Position numbers and translations under genes: made by a program. DNA of 64,000 nt from Candidatus Marinacidobacterales bacterium (GTDB lineage Bacteria > Acidobacteriota > Vicinamibacteria > Marinacidobacterales > DATDRI01): contig OZ244742.1 in assembly GCA_965219415.1 (NCBI GenBank), positions 1,568,001-1,632,000 of the forward strand. Direction: 5' to 3'. The notes beneath the pieces are model-generated. The model saw nothing but the letters and a program-made list of their open reading frames with translations. It was not told where the DNA came from and ran no database searches. Numbering within the stretch: the first letter of the stretch is position 1; each line of letters starts with the position of its first letter. Positions 30,476-40,011 of the stretch are shown here, in pieces.

Positions 30476-31537
30476 CTACAACGCACGAATCTCCCCGCCG
30501 TTCGGCAAGCGCTTCCGGCGAGAGTCATCGATCTTCTCTTGAATGAAAACCACGCCGAACGTCCGCTCTGCAGTGAGGCGATTGTGGGGCGCACAGTGAA
30601 GGCGCAGGTTCCTCTCGTCGTGGCTCCCATCGAGTGCGAAGGCCCGCAGGTGCTCGATCTGGAGTCCTGTTCGCGCGCGACAACGGGTCCCGTCTGGACC
30701 TCGGTACTCGCACTGGTAGCCTGCACGTTCGTGCACGCGCTCGCGGACCTCGGAGGGGATGTAGCGGGATTTCTGTGAAATCTTGCCCGGGCGAGATTTT
30801 TCGTTACCTTTCGACACCCTCTTTAGCCGCCGTTCTCGCTTTCTCTTCACGTCCTTCTTATCGAGGGCAATGTCCAGGGCCTGCTCCATGACCTCGGACA
30901 TGTGCAGGAGAGGGTTCTCCACGCCAAGGACCTCAGCCAGGCGCTCGAACTTCTCCTTGAACTCTCGGTTCGCGGCGAAGCGGAAATTGAACACCTCCGG
31001 CCTCGCCGGCTCGAGGATGTTCGGTGACACCCGGGGCCTTGGGCGCACCGGAACTGGCGGAGGCTCGGGGGGCGACATGGTTGGTGCCTTTCGAATCATG
31101 GGCGCAAACACGGGCTTCGGCCGGAGGGCGACGAGGTACTCCTCGACCTCCCGCCTGGTCATTCCCGCGCAATCGCCAACGAGCTTCTCGACGTTGCTCT
31201 CAGTGAGGACCGGAGCGAGCATACCGGCCACGGTGAGACTCAATCGGTTCTCAGCCAGCGCCACGAGTATCTGAGGATAACGGCGCGACACGTTCGCCAT
31301 CTGGATCCGCCTAGCGACCGACCCTTCGCTTAGGTTCAATCGCCTGGCGCAATAGTCGAAGAGATTCTTATAGCCGCAATCAAGTTGGCCCTTTCTTCTC
31401 GACATCTCCGCGATGTGAGCGACGACGAGTGCCACGTTTCGTTTCTCGGCGCGGACAAGCTTCTCGGTTGAGCGGTCGAGTTCTTCAGTGGATAGACCCT
31501 CGAGCGTTTCGGAGTACGTTTTGACTTTTTCGATCAT
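30476..31537 (-). CDS. DUF222-like/HNH endonuclease
   Basis: N-terminal helical region (LVVAHIAEM..YKNLFDYCARRLNLSEG), Pro linker, C-terminal SRYIPSEVRERVHERAGYQCEY..C..LQIEH..NLRLHCAPHN. Confidence 0.8.
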   Translation of the reverse strand: MIEKVKTYSETLEGLSTEELDRSTEKLVRAEKRNVALVVAHIAEMSRRKGQLDCGYKNLFDYCARRLNLSEGSVARRIQMANVSRRYPQILVALAENRLSLTVAGMLAPVLTESNVEKLVGDCAGMTRREVEEYLVALRPKPVFAPMIRKAPTMSPPEPPPVPVRPRPRVSPNILEPARPEVFNFRFAANREFKEKFERLAEVLGVENPLLHMSEVMEQALDIALDKKDVKRKRERRLKRVSKGNEKSRPGKISQKSRYIPSEVRERVHERAGYQCEYRGPDGTRCRARTGLQIEHLRAFALDGSHDERNLRLHCAPHNRLTAERTFGVVFIQEKIDDSRRKRLPNGGEIRAL

Positions 31538-31635
31538 GGCAATTGCTCCTTCCCGCTTCTTCTAATATAACGACGAGTTTTTCCGGAGCCTCACGTACCA
31601 TCAGGAGTCTTTTTTCGAATTTTTTTCACCAGTTC

Positions 31636-32511
31636 TCAATCCAGCCAGCCGTGCACTCGGTCCATGAGATCTTTGTCACCCAGTTCCTTACAAAGCTCCT
31701 CCAACTTTTCTTTCTGCGCCCCCTTCCACCTTATATCCTCGAGCTCCTCGGTAAGGGGCACGTCGGTGCGCAGTGTTGCCAGCAACCTGTAGAGCTTCAA
31801 CTCCTCGCGGTTGCTCCGAAGGTTCGCCGCCAATCGTTTGGCGCCTTGGACTTTGACCTCCCACAAGAACGCTTCTTCCGGGATGTTCTCGATGTGCCGA
31901 TAACGGGCCAGGACACGCGACGACGACTTGGCGCCCCAACCCTTGATGCCCGGGATTCCATCCGCGGCGTCGCCGACCAGGCCGAGCCAGTCGGGAATCG
32001 ATTCCGGCAATACCCCGAACTTTTCTTCGACCCCCTTTTCATCCAACACCCTTTGACGACGACGATCCCAACACACGACCCGCTTTCCCACGACGCACTG
32101 CGTGAGATCCTTGTCCGGTGTGCAAATCACGACCTGCTCGACGCCCTTCGCATCCCTCCACCGGGCGGCTCCAGCGGCCAGGGCGTCGTCCGCTTCGAAC
32201 TTCACCATCGGCCACACCACCATCCCGAGTGCGTCCGCGGCTCGCTCGGCGAGTGGGAACTGCTCCCATAGTACGGGTTCGATCCCCTCTCCGGTCTTGT
32301 AGCCGTCGAAGAGATCGTTACGGAAGGACTCGATCACGTGATCGAAGGCGCAAGCGACGTGCGTGACATCGTCTTGGAGGAGTAGCGCAACAAAGCTGCG
32401 CATCAACCCTCGAGTGGCGCCAACCTCACGTCCCTTTGGATCGAGCGCGCTGGGGGCGCCGTAGTAGGCCCTAAAGAGCTCATAGGTCCCATCGACCAAG
32501 TGGATTTTCAT
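31636..32511 (-). CDS. Stand-alone 5'-3' exonuclease/flap endonuclease
   Basis: LVDGTYELFRAYY, FEADDALA, TPDKDL, LVGDAADGIPGIKGWGAK (H3TH). Confidence 0.9.
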   Translation of the reverse strand: MKIHLVDGTYELFRAYYGAPSALDPKGREVGATRGLMRSFVALLLQDDVTHVACAFDHVIESFRNDLFDGYKTGEGIEPVLWEQFPLAERAADALGMVVWPMVKFEADDALAAGAARWRDAKGVEQVVICTPDKDLTQCVVGKRVVCWDRRRQRVLDEKGVEEKFGVLPESIPDWLGLVGDAADGIPGIKGWGAKSSSRVLARYRHIENIPEEAFLWEVKVQGAKRLAANLRSNREELKLYRLLATLRTDVPLTEELEDIRWKGAQKEKLEELCKELGDKDLMDRVHGWLD

Positions 32512-32559
32512 CGGTGCGTTGCCCGTCCAGTTCGCATTCTATGGATCGGGGGGCAGAGT

Positions 32560-33016
32560 TCAAACGGCAGGATGTTTGGCGAGTCGATACTGAACGTGGA
32601 GTAGGTAGGCTCCCCAGATCAGGGCGATCACAATGAGAACCGACCCCGAAAGATGGGCCAGGCGGGCGAGGGTGTGATCCCACGTGAGAAGACCCAGCTG
32701 CGACAGAAGGCTGTTCCAGTCGTGATAGCCGGGTACATCCCGGCCCGTCACGCCGCCCAGTAGGATCATCCTTTGCGCTCGGGCGTCGTTAATGCACGGC
32801 GCGAGCTCACACATGCTCTGACCCGTCGCGCGACAAAATCAGATGCACGAAGCTGGGTGCCAATTGGGATCGCTCGATGGACGCGAAAACGACGCTCCAG
32901 CTCAAAAGGAATAGAGCTATCCAAACAACCGGCTCGGCCGACCAAGTCCACGTGCTGGTGTGGCTGGGAAGATAGAGGGCGCGTCGGAGCAGGTAATCCG
33001 TGACGTCCCGCTTCAT
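32560..33016 (-). pseudogene. Internally deleted membrane protein (M50-like family)
   Basis: N part ends SFVHLI; C part ELAPCINDARAQRMILLGG..HDWNSLL..LGLLTWDH is in another frame; the HEAGH-containing middle recalled for this family is absent. Confidence 0.5.
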
Positions 33017-33048
33017 GTGGGAGGACCGTCGCAACGAGCTTGGCTTGG

Positions 33049-33840
33049 CTAGTACTTCCTTGCGTCCACGCGCACTTGGGCGTCTAGGAAGGTCTGATAG
33101 AGTCGTGTGCGCTCGTACATTGTGCTCCGCAGCAACTCGTCGGACGCCCCGATATCTTTGGGACTAAGCACCAAATCGACCATGGCGGCAAAAGCCTGCG
33201 TCCCGTCGCCGGTGCTCAGATCGCTCCCCACCAAGACGAGGAATAGATTGCGCCGGGCCTCGGGCGCGAACGTGATGATGCGATTGTAGAGCCCCGCGCC
33301 GTTCGCGTTGCCATTTCGCGCCGTCGCGACGAGCGCGTAGCTTTCCCGTTCCAAGAAGCGAACCCCCTGATCTGCATCGGGGACAACGTCCACTCCGAGT
33401 CCAATCCGTTGTAGTGCGGCAGCCATCACGTTTTGCACGCTCTGATCGTCGAGCACGATGAGGGCGCGCCTGCTGGAACCATCGTCCTGACTCGGCTCGC
33501 CGACGGAAGCGGGTTGCGATTGTTGAACTGGTTGAGACCGCGGCGTCGGCGAAGGTGGCGCTGCCTGAGCCGGTGGTGGAGCCTGTTTCGACGCAGGTGC
33601 CTGCATAGGTGGTGGCGCGGGTTTCGGTTTGGGGACGGCCGGCTTTGGTGACGGGGGAAAAGCAGCCGGTTGGGGTGGTTCCTGAGCGGCCGCACTTTCT
33701 CCCGTCGGTGCCGCACCTGCCTTGCCGGGCAATTTGATAGCGTTCTGACATTTGGGGCAGCGGAGCATGAAAGGCCCGGCCGGAACTTTCGCATCTTCGA
33801 CGACGAGTTTTTGCGAACACTTCGGACAGTTCGTTTCCAC
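33049..33840 (-). CDS. MJ0042-type zinc-ribbon protein with Pro-rich linker and receiver-like C-terminal domain
   Basis: CPKC..LRCPKC, P/A/Q-rich linker, RALIVLDD..; directly downstream of pilT. Confidence 0.7.
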   Translation of the reverse strand: METNCPKCSQKLVVEDAKVPAGPFMLRCPKCQNAIKLPGKAGAAPTGESAAAQEPPQPAAFPPSPKPAVPKPKPAPPPMQAPASKQAPPPAQAAPPSPTPRSQPVQQSQPASVGEPSQDDGSSRRALIVLDDQSVQNVMAAALQRIGLGVDVVPDADQGVRFLERESYALVATARNGNANGAGLYNRIITFAPEARRNLFLVLVGSDLSTGDGTQAFAAMVDLVLSPKDIGASDELLRSTMYERTRLYQTFLDAQVRVDARKY

Positions 33841-33842
33841 GT

Positions 33843-35033
33843 TTACCTCTCGATCAGCGTGTCCATATCCGAGCCTGCACCCACACTCGCCTCGTCACTG
33901 GTGGAGGTGCCCGCACTGCCCTCGCCGTCTTCGATCCCGTCGGCGTGGGAACCGAGGCGCAGACGAAGGTTGGTTGGGTTGGTCGCATACGTCAGCGCTT
34001 CCCCAGCCCCCAGGTTGCCCGCTTCCACGAGTCTTTGGAGCTCGGAGTCGAACGTCTGCATTCCATCCAGCGCTCCATCTTCCATGGCGTCGTTGAGGCT
34101 CTTCCCTTCCCTTTCACCCTCCTGGATGTACTCGCGAGTCCGCGAGTTGGCGCGCAGTATCTCGCAAATAGCTCTGCGGCCCCCGCCCTCTTTCGGAATC
34201 AGCTTCTGGCTGACGATCCACTTGAACGATTGTGCGAAACGCATACGTATCTGACGCTCTTCGTCCTTGGGGAAGACACCCACGATGCGATCGATGGTCT
34301 TGGCAGCGTCGATGGTGTGGAGCGTCGAGAGAACGAGATGTCCGGTCTCCGATGCCTCGAGGGCGGTGGAGATGGTCTCCAGGTCTCGCATCTCACCCAC
34401 CAAGATGACCTTGGGGGCCTGGCGCAGGGCGGCCCTCAGGGCGTTGGCGAAATTCTCGGTGTCGGTGCCAATCTCTCTCTGATTGATGGTCGCCTTGTCG
34501 TTGCGGTAGAGATACTCAATAGGATCCTCAATCGTGACGATGTGTATCGCCTTGTCGTGGTTCATCCGGTTGATGAGCGCCGCCAGCGTCGTGGATTTGC
34601 CCGAGCCGGTAGGGCCGGTCACCAGCACGATCCCGTTTCGCTCCCGCGTGATCTCATTGAGTTGGCTCGGTAGTCCGAGCTCTTCGACCGTCGGGATCCT
34701 GTTAGGGATAACCCGCAAAACTACGGAGTACGTCCCCCGCTGGGAAAATATGTTGACCCGAAACCGAGTTCGCCGGGGCAAAGAATAGGAGAGGTCGGCC
34801 GAGCCGGTCCGTACAAGCTTGTCCGCCAAGTCCTTTTTACCGCGCATCAGCCGCAAGGCGATGAGCTCGGTGTGGTAAGGCATCAACCGTTCGATGGAGG
34901 CATAAGGAACGCCGCGTAGTTGCCCGTCCACCTCCACCTGAGGGGGTCTCCCTACAGACAAGTTCAAGTCGGATACGGTGGGAGCTGTGTCCAACATCGC
35001 TTCTAGCAGCGGGTTGAGATCAAAATAGGGCAT
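33843..35033 (-). CDS. pilT: PilT/PilU-family type IV pilus retraction ATPase
   Basis: VTGPTGSGKSTT, TIEDPIEY, ALRAALRQAPKVILVGEMRD, TGHLVLSTLHT, GMQTFD. Confidence 0.92.
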   Translation of the reverse strand: MPYFDLNPLLEAMLDTAPTVSDLNLSVGRPPQVEVDGQLRGVPYASIERLMPYHTELIALRLMRGKKDLADKLVRTGSADLSYSLPRRTRFRVNIFSQRGTYSVVLRVIPNRIPTVEELGLPSQLNEITRERNGIVLVTGPTGSGKSTTLAALINRMNHDKAIHIVTIEDPIEYLYRNDKATINQREIGTDTENFANALRAALRQAPKVILVGEMRDLETISTALEASETGHLVLSTLHTIDAAKTIDRIVGVFPKDEERQIRMRFAQSFKWIVSQKLIPKEGGGRRAICEILRANSRTREYIQEGEREGKSLNDAMEDGALDGMQTFDSELQRLVEAGNLGAGEALTYATNPTNLRLRLGSHADGIEDGEGSAGTSTSDEASVGAGSDMDTLIER

Positions 35034-35137
35034 CCGCGATCCTCCACACGGCCTGCGGCGGCAATTTCGTTTTTTTTAGTTACGGGATAGATTTTCACTA
35101 TAACATACCTTCCGAACCCTAACCAGGGACTCACAGG

Positions 35138-36031
35138 TTGATGAGCACTTCCAAAGAGCCGATCCCGTTTGCTGGGTGTTTCCGAAACGATTCCTCGCCC
35201 GAGTCCAACCTTGTCTTCGTTGGGATTCCCGACGACTCCCAATCTTCCTATCGCTTCGGTTGCGCGGATGGACCGAAAGCCATTCGCAGCGCGTACGATG
35301 GGAGAAGCTTCAACTCCACGACCGAATCCGGCGTCGACCTCGTGGCCGCGATCACCGATCTGGGTGATTTGGCGCCGGAGGAAACGTGGGAGGCAAGCGC
35401 AGAAAATTACCGCATTCACATCCATGACTTGCTCCGTAAGAACCAAACACCTTTTGTTGCCGGAGGAGATCATGCGGTCACGGTTCCGGTCGTAGAAGCT
35501 TTCGCCGGGATGGGAGCCCCGGTACACCCGATACATGTTGTCCAGATCGACGCGCATCCGGACGTCTATCCGGATTTCGAAGGGAGCCTGTCATCCCATG
35601 CGTGCGTAGCGGCGCGTCTGCTCGAAATGGAACACGTCGCATCGGTGACCCAGCTAGGCATCCGAACGTTGAATGCCGAGCAGTCAGGCCAGTTGGACCG
35701 CTACTCCGATCGCCTTCGCATCCTCTACGCCAAGGATCTGATCGGTGACCTTCCCAAGTTGTCACATATAGCAACCGGAGCGCCCGTTTACATCACCGTG
35801 GACCTCGATGGGTTCGACCCGTCGGTCGCTCCCGGCGTGTCCCATCCCGTGCCCGGCGGATTGACGTCGCGGCAAGTCCTGAGCTTCATGGCGAGCGCCG
35901 ACCGGCGAATGGTGGGAATGGACGTGGTGGAGCTCAACCCCTCCGCCGACTTGAACCAGCTCACCGCGATCCTGGCGGCACGGTTGCTACACGAAGGAAT
36001 GGGTTACGTTGCGTCGAGAAAAGAGGTCTAA
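35138..36031 (+). CDS. Agmatinase/arginase-family ureohydrolase
   Basis: GGDHAVT, DAHPD, SHAC, DLDGFDPSVAPG, DVVELNP. Confidence 0.9.
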   Translation: MMSTSKEPIPFAGCFRNDSSPESNLVFVGIPDDSQSSYRFGCADGPKAIRSAYDGRSFNSTTESGVDLVAAITDLGDLAPEETWEASAENYRIHIHDLLRKNQTPFVAGGDHAVTVPVVEAFAGMGAPVHPIHVVQIDAHPDVYPDFEGSLSSHACVAARLLEMEHVASVTQLGIRTLNAEQSGQLDRYSDRLRILYAKDLIGDLPKLSHIATGAPVYITVDLDGFDPSVAPGVSHPVPGGLTSRQVLSFMASADRRMVGMDVVELNPSADLNQLTAILAARLLHEGMGYVASRKEV

Positions 36032-36063
36032 GAAAACAACACTCTAGACAGGATGAAGAGGGC

Positions 36064-36870
36064 CTAACTAAGCGATCGGAGTTTCTTCATGAAGTCTCTC
36101 ACCCGGCTTGTGTCCACGGGATTTTCGACCTTCCCGCCGACCTTGAAGTAGCTACCCACGATAAGCCCATCGGCCAGCGCCAAGTAGTCCTCGACCGAAT
36201 CGAGAGTGACCCCGCTTCCCACGAAAACCGGGGTCTCACCGGACACCGCCTTCGCACGTTCCAGTTCCTTCACATCGGCCGCTTTCCCGGTCCCGGTGCC
36301 GGACACGATGATCCCATCGGCACCAGCGCGATCGATGAGATCGGCCACTTCGTCCTCCAACTTGACGGTCCCCAATGGAGCCGAATGCTTGACGTTCACG
36401 TCCGCCAGGATTTTCGTTTTTTCGGCTCCAAGTAGCTTTCGATCCCGCAGGAGCTCGTGGGCAACGCCCTCGAGAACTCCTTGATCCGTTACCCGTGCGC
36501 CGGCCAGGACGTTCACGCGAATGAATTGAGCGTCCGCCGCGTGAGCGACGGCGAGCGCCGCCCGCGCATCGTTCCGTAGAACGTTAATGCCCAGCGGGAT
36601 GTCGAATCGCCGACGGGTCTCGACGGCGAGAGTCGCCACGTGGGCCGTGGTCCACGGCGGGACATTCCGAGGAAAAAACGGGCGATCTCCGAAGTTCTCC
36701 AGCATGAGACCGTCCACACCGGCATCGACTAACGCCTCGGCGTCCCGCCACAATCCAACGCGGATGGCTTCGAGCTCACCACCGAAGGCTGGCGATCCGG
36801 GAAGCGCCGGCAGGTGCAGCATTCCGACTACCGGTTTGCTTACCGACTTCCAAGCATCGATCAAGGCCAT
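36064..36870 (-). CDS. BtpA/SgcQ-family protein
   Basis: GMLHLPALPGSP, ENFGDRPF, GINVLRND, ADVNVKH, VGSGVT. Confidence 0.9.
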   Translation of the reverse strand: MALIDAWKSVSKPVVGMLHLPALPGSPAFGGELEAIRVGLWRDAEALVDAGVDGLMLENFGDRPFFPRNVPPWTTAHVATLAVETRRRFDIPLGINVLRNDARAALAVAHAADAQFIRVNVLAGARVTDQGVLEGVAHELLRDRKLLGAEKTKILADVNVKHSAPLGTVKLEDEVADLIDRAGADGIIVSGTGTGKAADVKELERAKAVSGETPVFVGSGVTLDSVEDYLALADGLIVGSYFKVGGKVENPVDTSRVRDFMKKLRSLS

Positions 36871-36895
36871 TGAATACAATCTCGCATAACCACGC

Positions 36896-39367
36896 TCAGA
36901 AATCGAACCCAAATCTCATACCTGCCGAGAGCGGCACACTGTCCGCGAACTCCCCGAAGAACGGACTACCGATATTGCTATAGACGTCGCGGGGGTTGAA
37001 GTGACTCGTGGTGTTGAAAATCTGAAAGCCGATGCGAAACGTCTTACGGTGAAACGTGAGCTGCTTCATGACCCGAATGTCGAACGAAAAGAACGTTGGA
37101 AACCGGCCGCCCCGGTTGCGCTCACCAACGACACGGTAGTCCGGCGTGAAAGTAGTGTATGGAAAACCCGAGCGCCACTCGAATCCAGGCGTCAGAAAAA
37201 TGTCATGAGGCAGTTCGACCACACCCCACAGAAGAAACCGATGCGGCACGTCGAAGGGTTGCAAGGAGAACTCGTTGTCGAGCAGGATCGGGCTTCGTCG
37301 ATCGCGGTAGAGCGTCTCAAAGTTGTTCAGGTCCGATGAAGTGCGAGACTTGACATACGAGAAGAAGAGTCGCCCGCCCGAAGAAAGGTTCTTCCGCACC
37401 GTGATGTCGAACTCCTTACTGTTCGAGTTACCGTCTGACGACAGCAGGAGCATCGGCCCCTCCGGGGTCTCCTCCAGACGATTGATGACCATCTCGTCGT
37501 TCCCGCGCCGCTCCTGATACTTGACCCGCACCAGCCAATCCTCGCCGAGCTGATGGTTGACCTCCACGTTCCAGGTTGTGCTAACCGGGACGTCCAAGTC
37601 CGGGTCGATCACATTGCGGAACACCAATGGCGGACCGACCGGCTCTCCATCCAGCCCAAACTCCGTCTCCACCCGTGTCTGAAGCGACTCGAAGTCGCCG
37701 GCATGGAGGAAAACGTGGTCGAAGAACACGCCCCAACCACCCTTGAGAATGGTACGCCCTTCTTCCCACGGCGAATAGGCGACCGCGAACCGAGGCGCAA
37801 AGTGCTGACTACGGGTGATCCGGTTGTAGTCGTAGCGGAGGCCCGCGTCCAAACCGAGTCTCGACGTGGGGCGCCATTGATCTTGAACGTAGCCTGCGAT
37901 GACCCAATCCGATGCACCAACTTGGGGACTGCCCATGAACTCCGTCGTGCGAAGTATGTTTCCGTCCGTTCCCAGCGTTTCAATCATGCTGCTTCGATCG
38001 ATTCCGCTGAACGTCGCGTAGGAAATATTGCTACCGATCTTGAGGACATGATGGCCGCGTTTGCTGGGAATGAAGTGGGTACAGGAGTTCTTGAACTCGA
38101 ACAAAAGGCTCTGGCGATCGATCTCATTGAAGTAGTTTTGGCGAAGTCCGTTCACCGTTAGAAGCGAGTCGCCCTCCCCCTGCGACGTGACCCGGACATC
38201 GTAGTTTTTGACGGCGAACAGGGTCTCCCACAACGTGTTGGAGCTGGTCGTGGCTCGCTCCGCGATCGCCAAATTCCACCCCGAAGCATGGAACTCGGGG
38301 GTCGCAGTCTCGGGCTGCAAGACGCTCAGTCCCCAGTTCTCGATCTCCACGGGGAAATAGGAGAACGTCGTCGTGAGAGAGTGAACCTCGTTGAGCTTCC
38401 AATCGAATTGCGTGAAACTATCGATATTCTCGACGATCTCCTCGTCCGAACCGACGATGTCTTCACGCACCCGAGAGCGCACGAACCGATAGGCGACGCC
38501 CTGGGAAATCCAAGCCTTTCCTTTTCGCAGCGGACCGCTTACTTGGACGCGAGGAGTCCATGAGTTGATCCCTTGAACCTTCCCGCTGCGCCATCTGAAG
38601 CTGGGGAAGAGCGCACCGAAATCGACATCCCACTCGTCACTTCCAGCCCGGGTCACCACGTTCGCCACCGCTGCGGTCACGCTCCCGAACTCGGCCGAAT
38701 AAGGAATCGTGTAGACCTCGACGCTATCCACGGCCTTCAACGGTAGCTCGAAGGCAAACTCCCCGGTCAACGGGTCGGTCGCGTTCGAGCCGTTCACCAG
38801 CAGCATGCTTTGGGCGGAACGGGCACCGTTGAAGTTGAGGCGCCCCCTTCGCCCCCGGACCACGCCAGGGAGAAGGGGTAACGCCTCTTGGAATCGATCG
38901 GTGGGAAGAGGTAGTACCTCGAGGATATTACTGCTGATTTCTTCCTCAGGCACGGGACTCGTAACGTCATTCAGCGGTGTTTCTTCGACGCGTACCTCTT
39001 CGGAAACCGCCAGTCGAAGATTCAAGGAGATCTGAATCGTCTCGCCAGACTCTAGGTCGAGGGGCGAGTGGATGAAATCTCTGAAACCCGCCAACGCCGC
39101 GACCGGAGTGTAAATAGCGGGAGGGAGCTTGGTAAAAACGAACTCCCCCGATTCATCTGTCGTCGATACCCGCGCCGTGGAGGCGTCCGATGAATAGAGT
39201 GAAATCACCACCCCCGGCAACGGAACACCGGTGGGGTCGTAGACGGTGCCCTCGATAATGCCGTCGGAACATAGAGCGTCCGCCGAGAACGCGGAAAGAA
39301 AAAACAAGAGCGATAGATGCCCCACGTGAAAATGACTTGGGATGGTGTTTCGTAAGAGCTCGAGCAA
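36896..39367 (-). CDS. TonB-dependent receptor with carboxypeptidase regulatory-like N-domain
   Basis: IEGTVYDPTGVPLPGV, YSAEFG, YVQDQW, GLRYD, C-terminal FGFDF; start may be GTG 39325. Confidence 0.85.
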   Translation of the reverse strand: MLELLRNTIPSHFHVGHLSLLFFLSAFSADALCSDGIIEGTVYDPTGVPLPGVVISLYSSDASTARVSTTDESGEFVFTKLPPAIYTPVAALAGFRDFIHSPLDLESGETIQISLNLRLAVSEEVRVEETPLNDVTSPVPEEEISSNILEVLPLPTDRFQEALPLLPGVVRGRRGRLNFNGARSAQSMLLVNGSNATDPLTGEFAFELPLKAVDSVEVYTIPYSAEFGSVTAAVANVVTRAGSDEWDVDFGALFPSFRWRSGKVQGINSWTPRVQVSGPLRKGKAWISQGVAYRFVRSRVREDIVGSDEEIVENIDSFTQFDWKLNEVHSLTTTFSYFPVEIENWGLSVLQPETATPEFHASGWNLAIAERATTSSNTLWETLFAVKNYDVRVTSQGEGDSLLTVNGLRQNYFNEIDRQSLLFEFKNSCTHFIPSKRGHHVLKIGSNISYATFSGIDRSSMIETLGTDGNILRTTEFMGSPQVGASDWVIAGYVQDQWRPTSRLGLDAGLRYDYNRITRSQHFAPRFAVAYSPWEEGRTILKGGWGVFFDHVFLHAGDFESLQTRVETEFGLDGEPVGPPLVFRNVIDPDLDVPVSTTWNVEVNHQLGEDWLVRVKYQERRGNDEMVINRLEETPEGPMLLLSSDGNSNSKEFDITVRKNLSSGGRLFFSYVKSRTSSDLNNFETLYRDRRSPILLDNEFSLQPFDVPHRFLLWGVVELPHDIFLTPGFEWRSGFPYTTFTPDYRVVGERNRGGRFPTFFSFDIRVMKQLTFHRKTFRIGFQIFNTTSHFNPRDVYSNIGSPFFGEFADSVPLSAGMRFGFDF

Positions 39368-39855
39368 GGATGACCTGGGGAAACGGCCATGCGGGGTCCC
39401 GTAATCTCACCATCCTCAATAGCATCTCTAAGCGCGACGTCGGCGTCTCCGCGCCCACCCACGTTGCGAACAGTAGTGAAACCCGCGTCGATCGTTTTTC
39501 GCGCGTTGACGACTCCATGGATCGCTCGCCTCGGTATCGAAAGAGTCAGCTGGCGGTAGCCGTGGTAGCGATGGTCACCCGTCAAATGGACGTGCAGGTC
39601 GATGAGGCCTGGTAGGATCGTCGCTCCGCCGAGGTCGATCACCTTCGCCCCATGAGGCACTTCGACATCGTCCCAATGTCCGACTCGTTCGATCCGGTCT
39701 CCACGGATCAGGATCGCCTGATTCGAAACCGTGTGACCGGAACGGACGTCGAGGAGTCGTCCGGCTCTTACGTAGACGGCCTCCTCCTGTGCGACCAAGG
39801 CGTTAGCTAGAAAAAGCGCCGAACAAAAAGACGATTGGGTTAGCAGTCGTTGCAT
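39368..39855 (-). pseudogene. Truncated Xaa-Pro dipeptidase-like amidohydrolase (N-terminal third only)
   Basis: Signal peptide, DLGGATILPGLIDLHVH, AGFTTVRNVG, GPRM, then an abrupt switch into the TonB receptor 5' region. Confidence 0.8.
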
Positions 39856-40011
39856 GGCGGCCTCGTAGGAAAAGAAGTAGCGGCGCTATACTAGCATGCG
39901 ATGTAGACGCATCGGGCAACCCCATGAAAGAATAGCCTCCCAAGAAGGCCGACTGGGTCATCCTGTGGCACATAGGCGACATCCATGAAACCGGCTGTTG
40001 GTGGGGATTAC

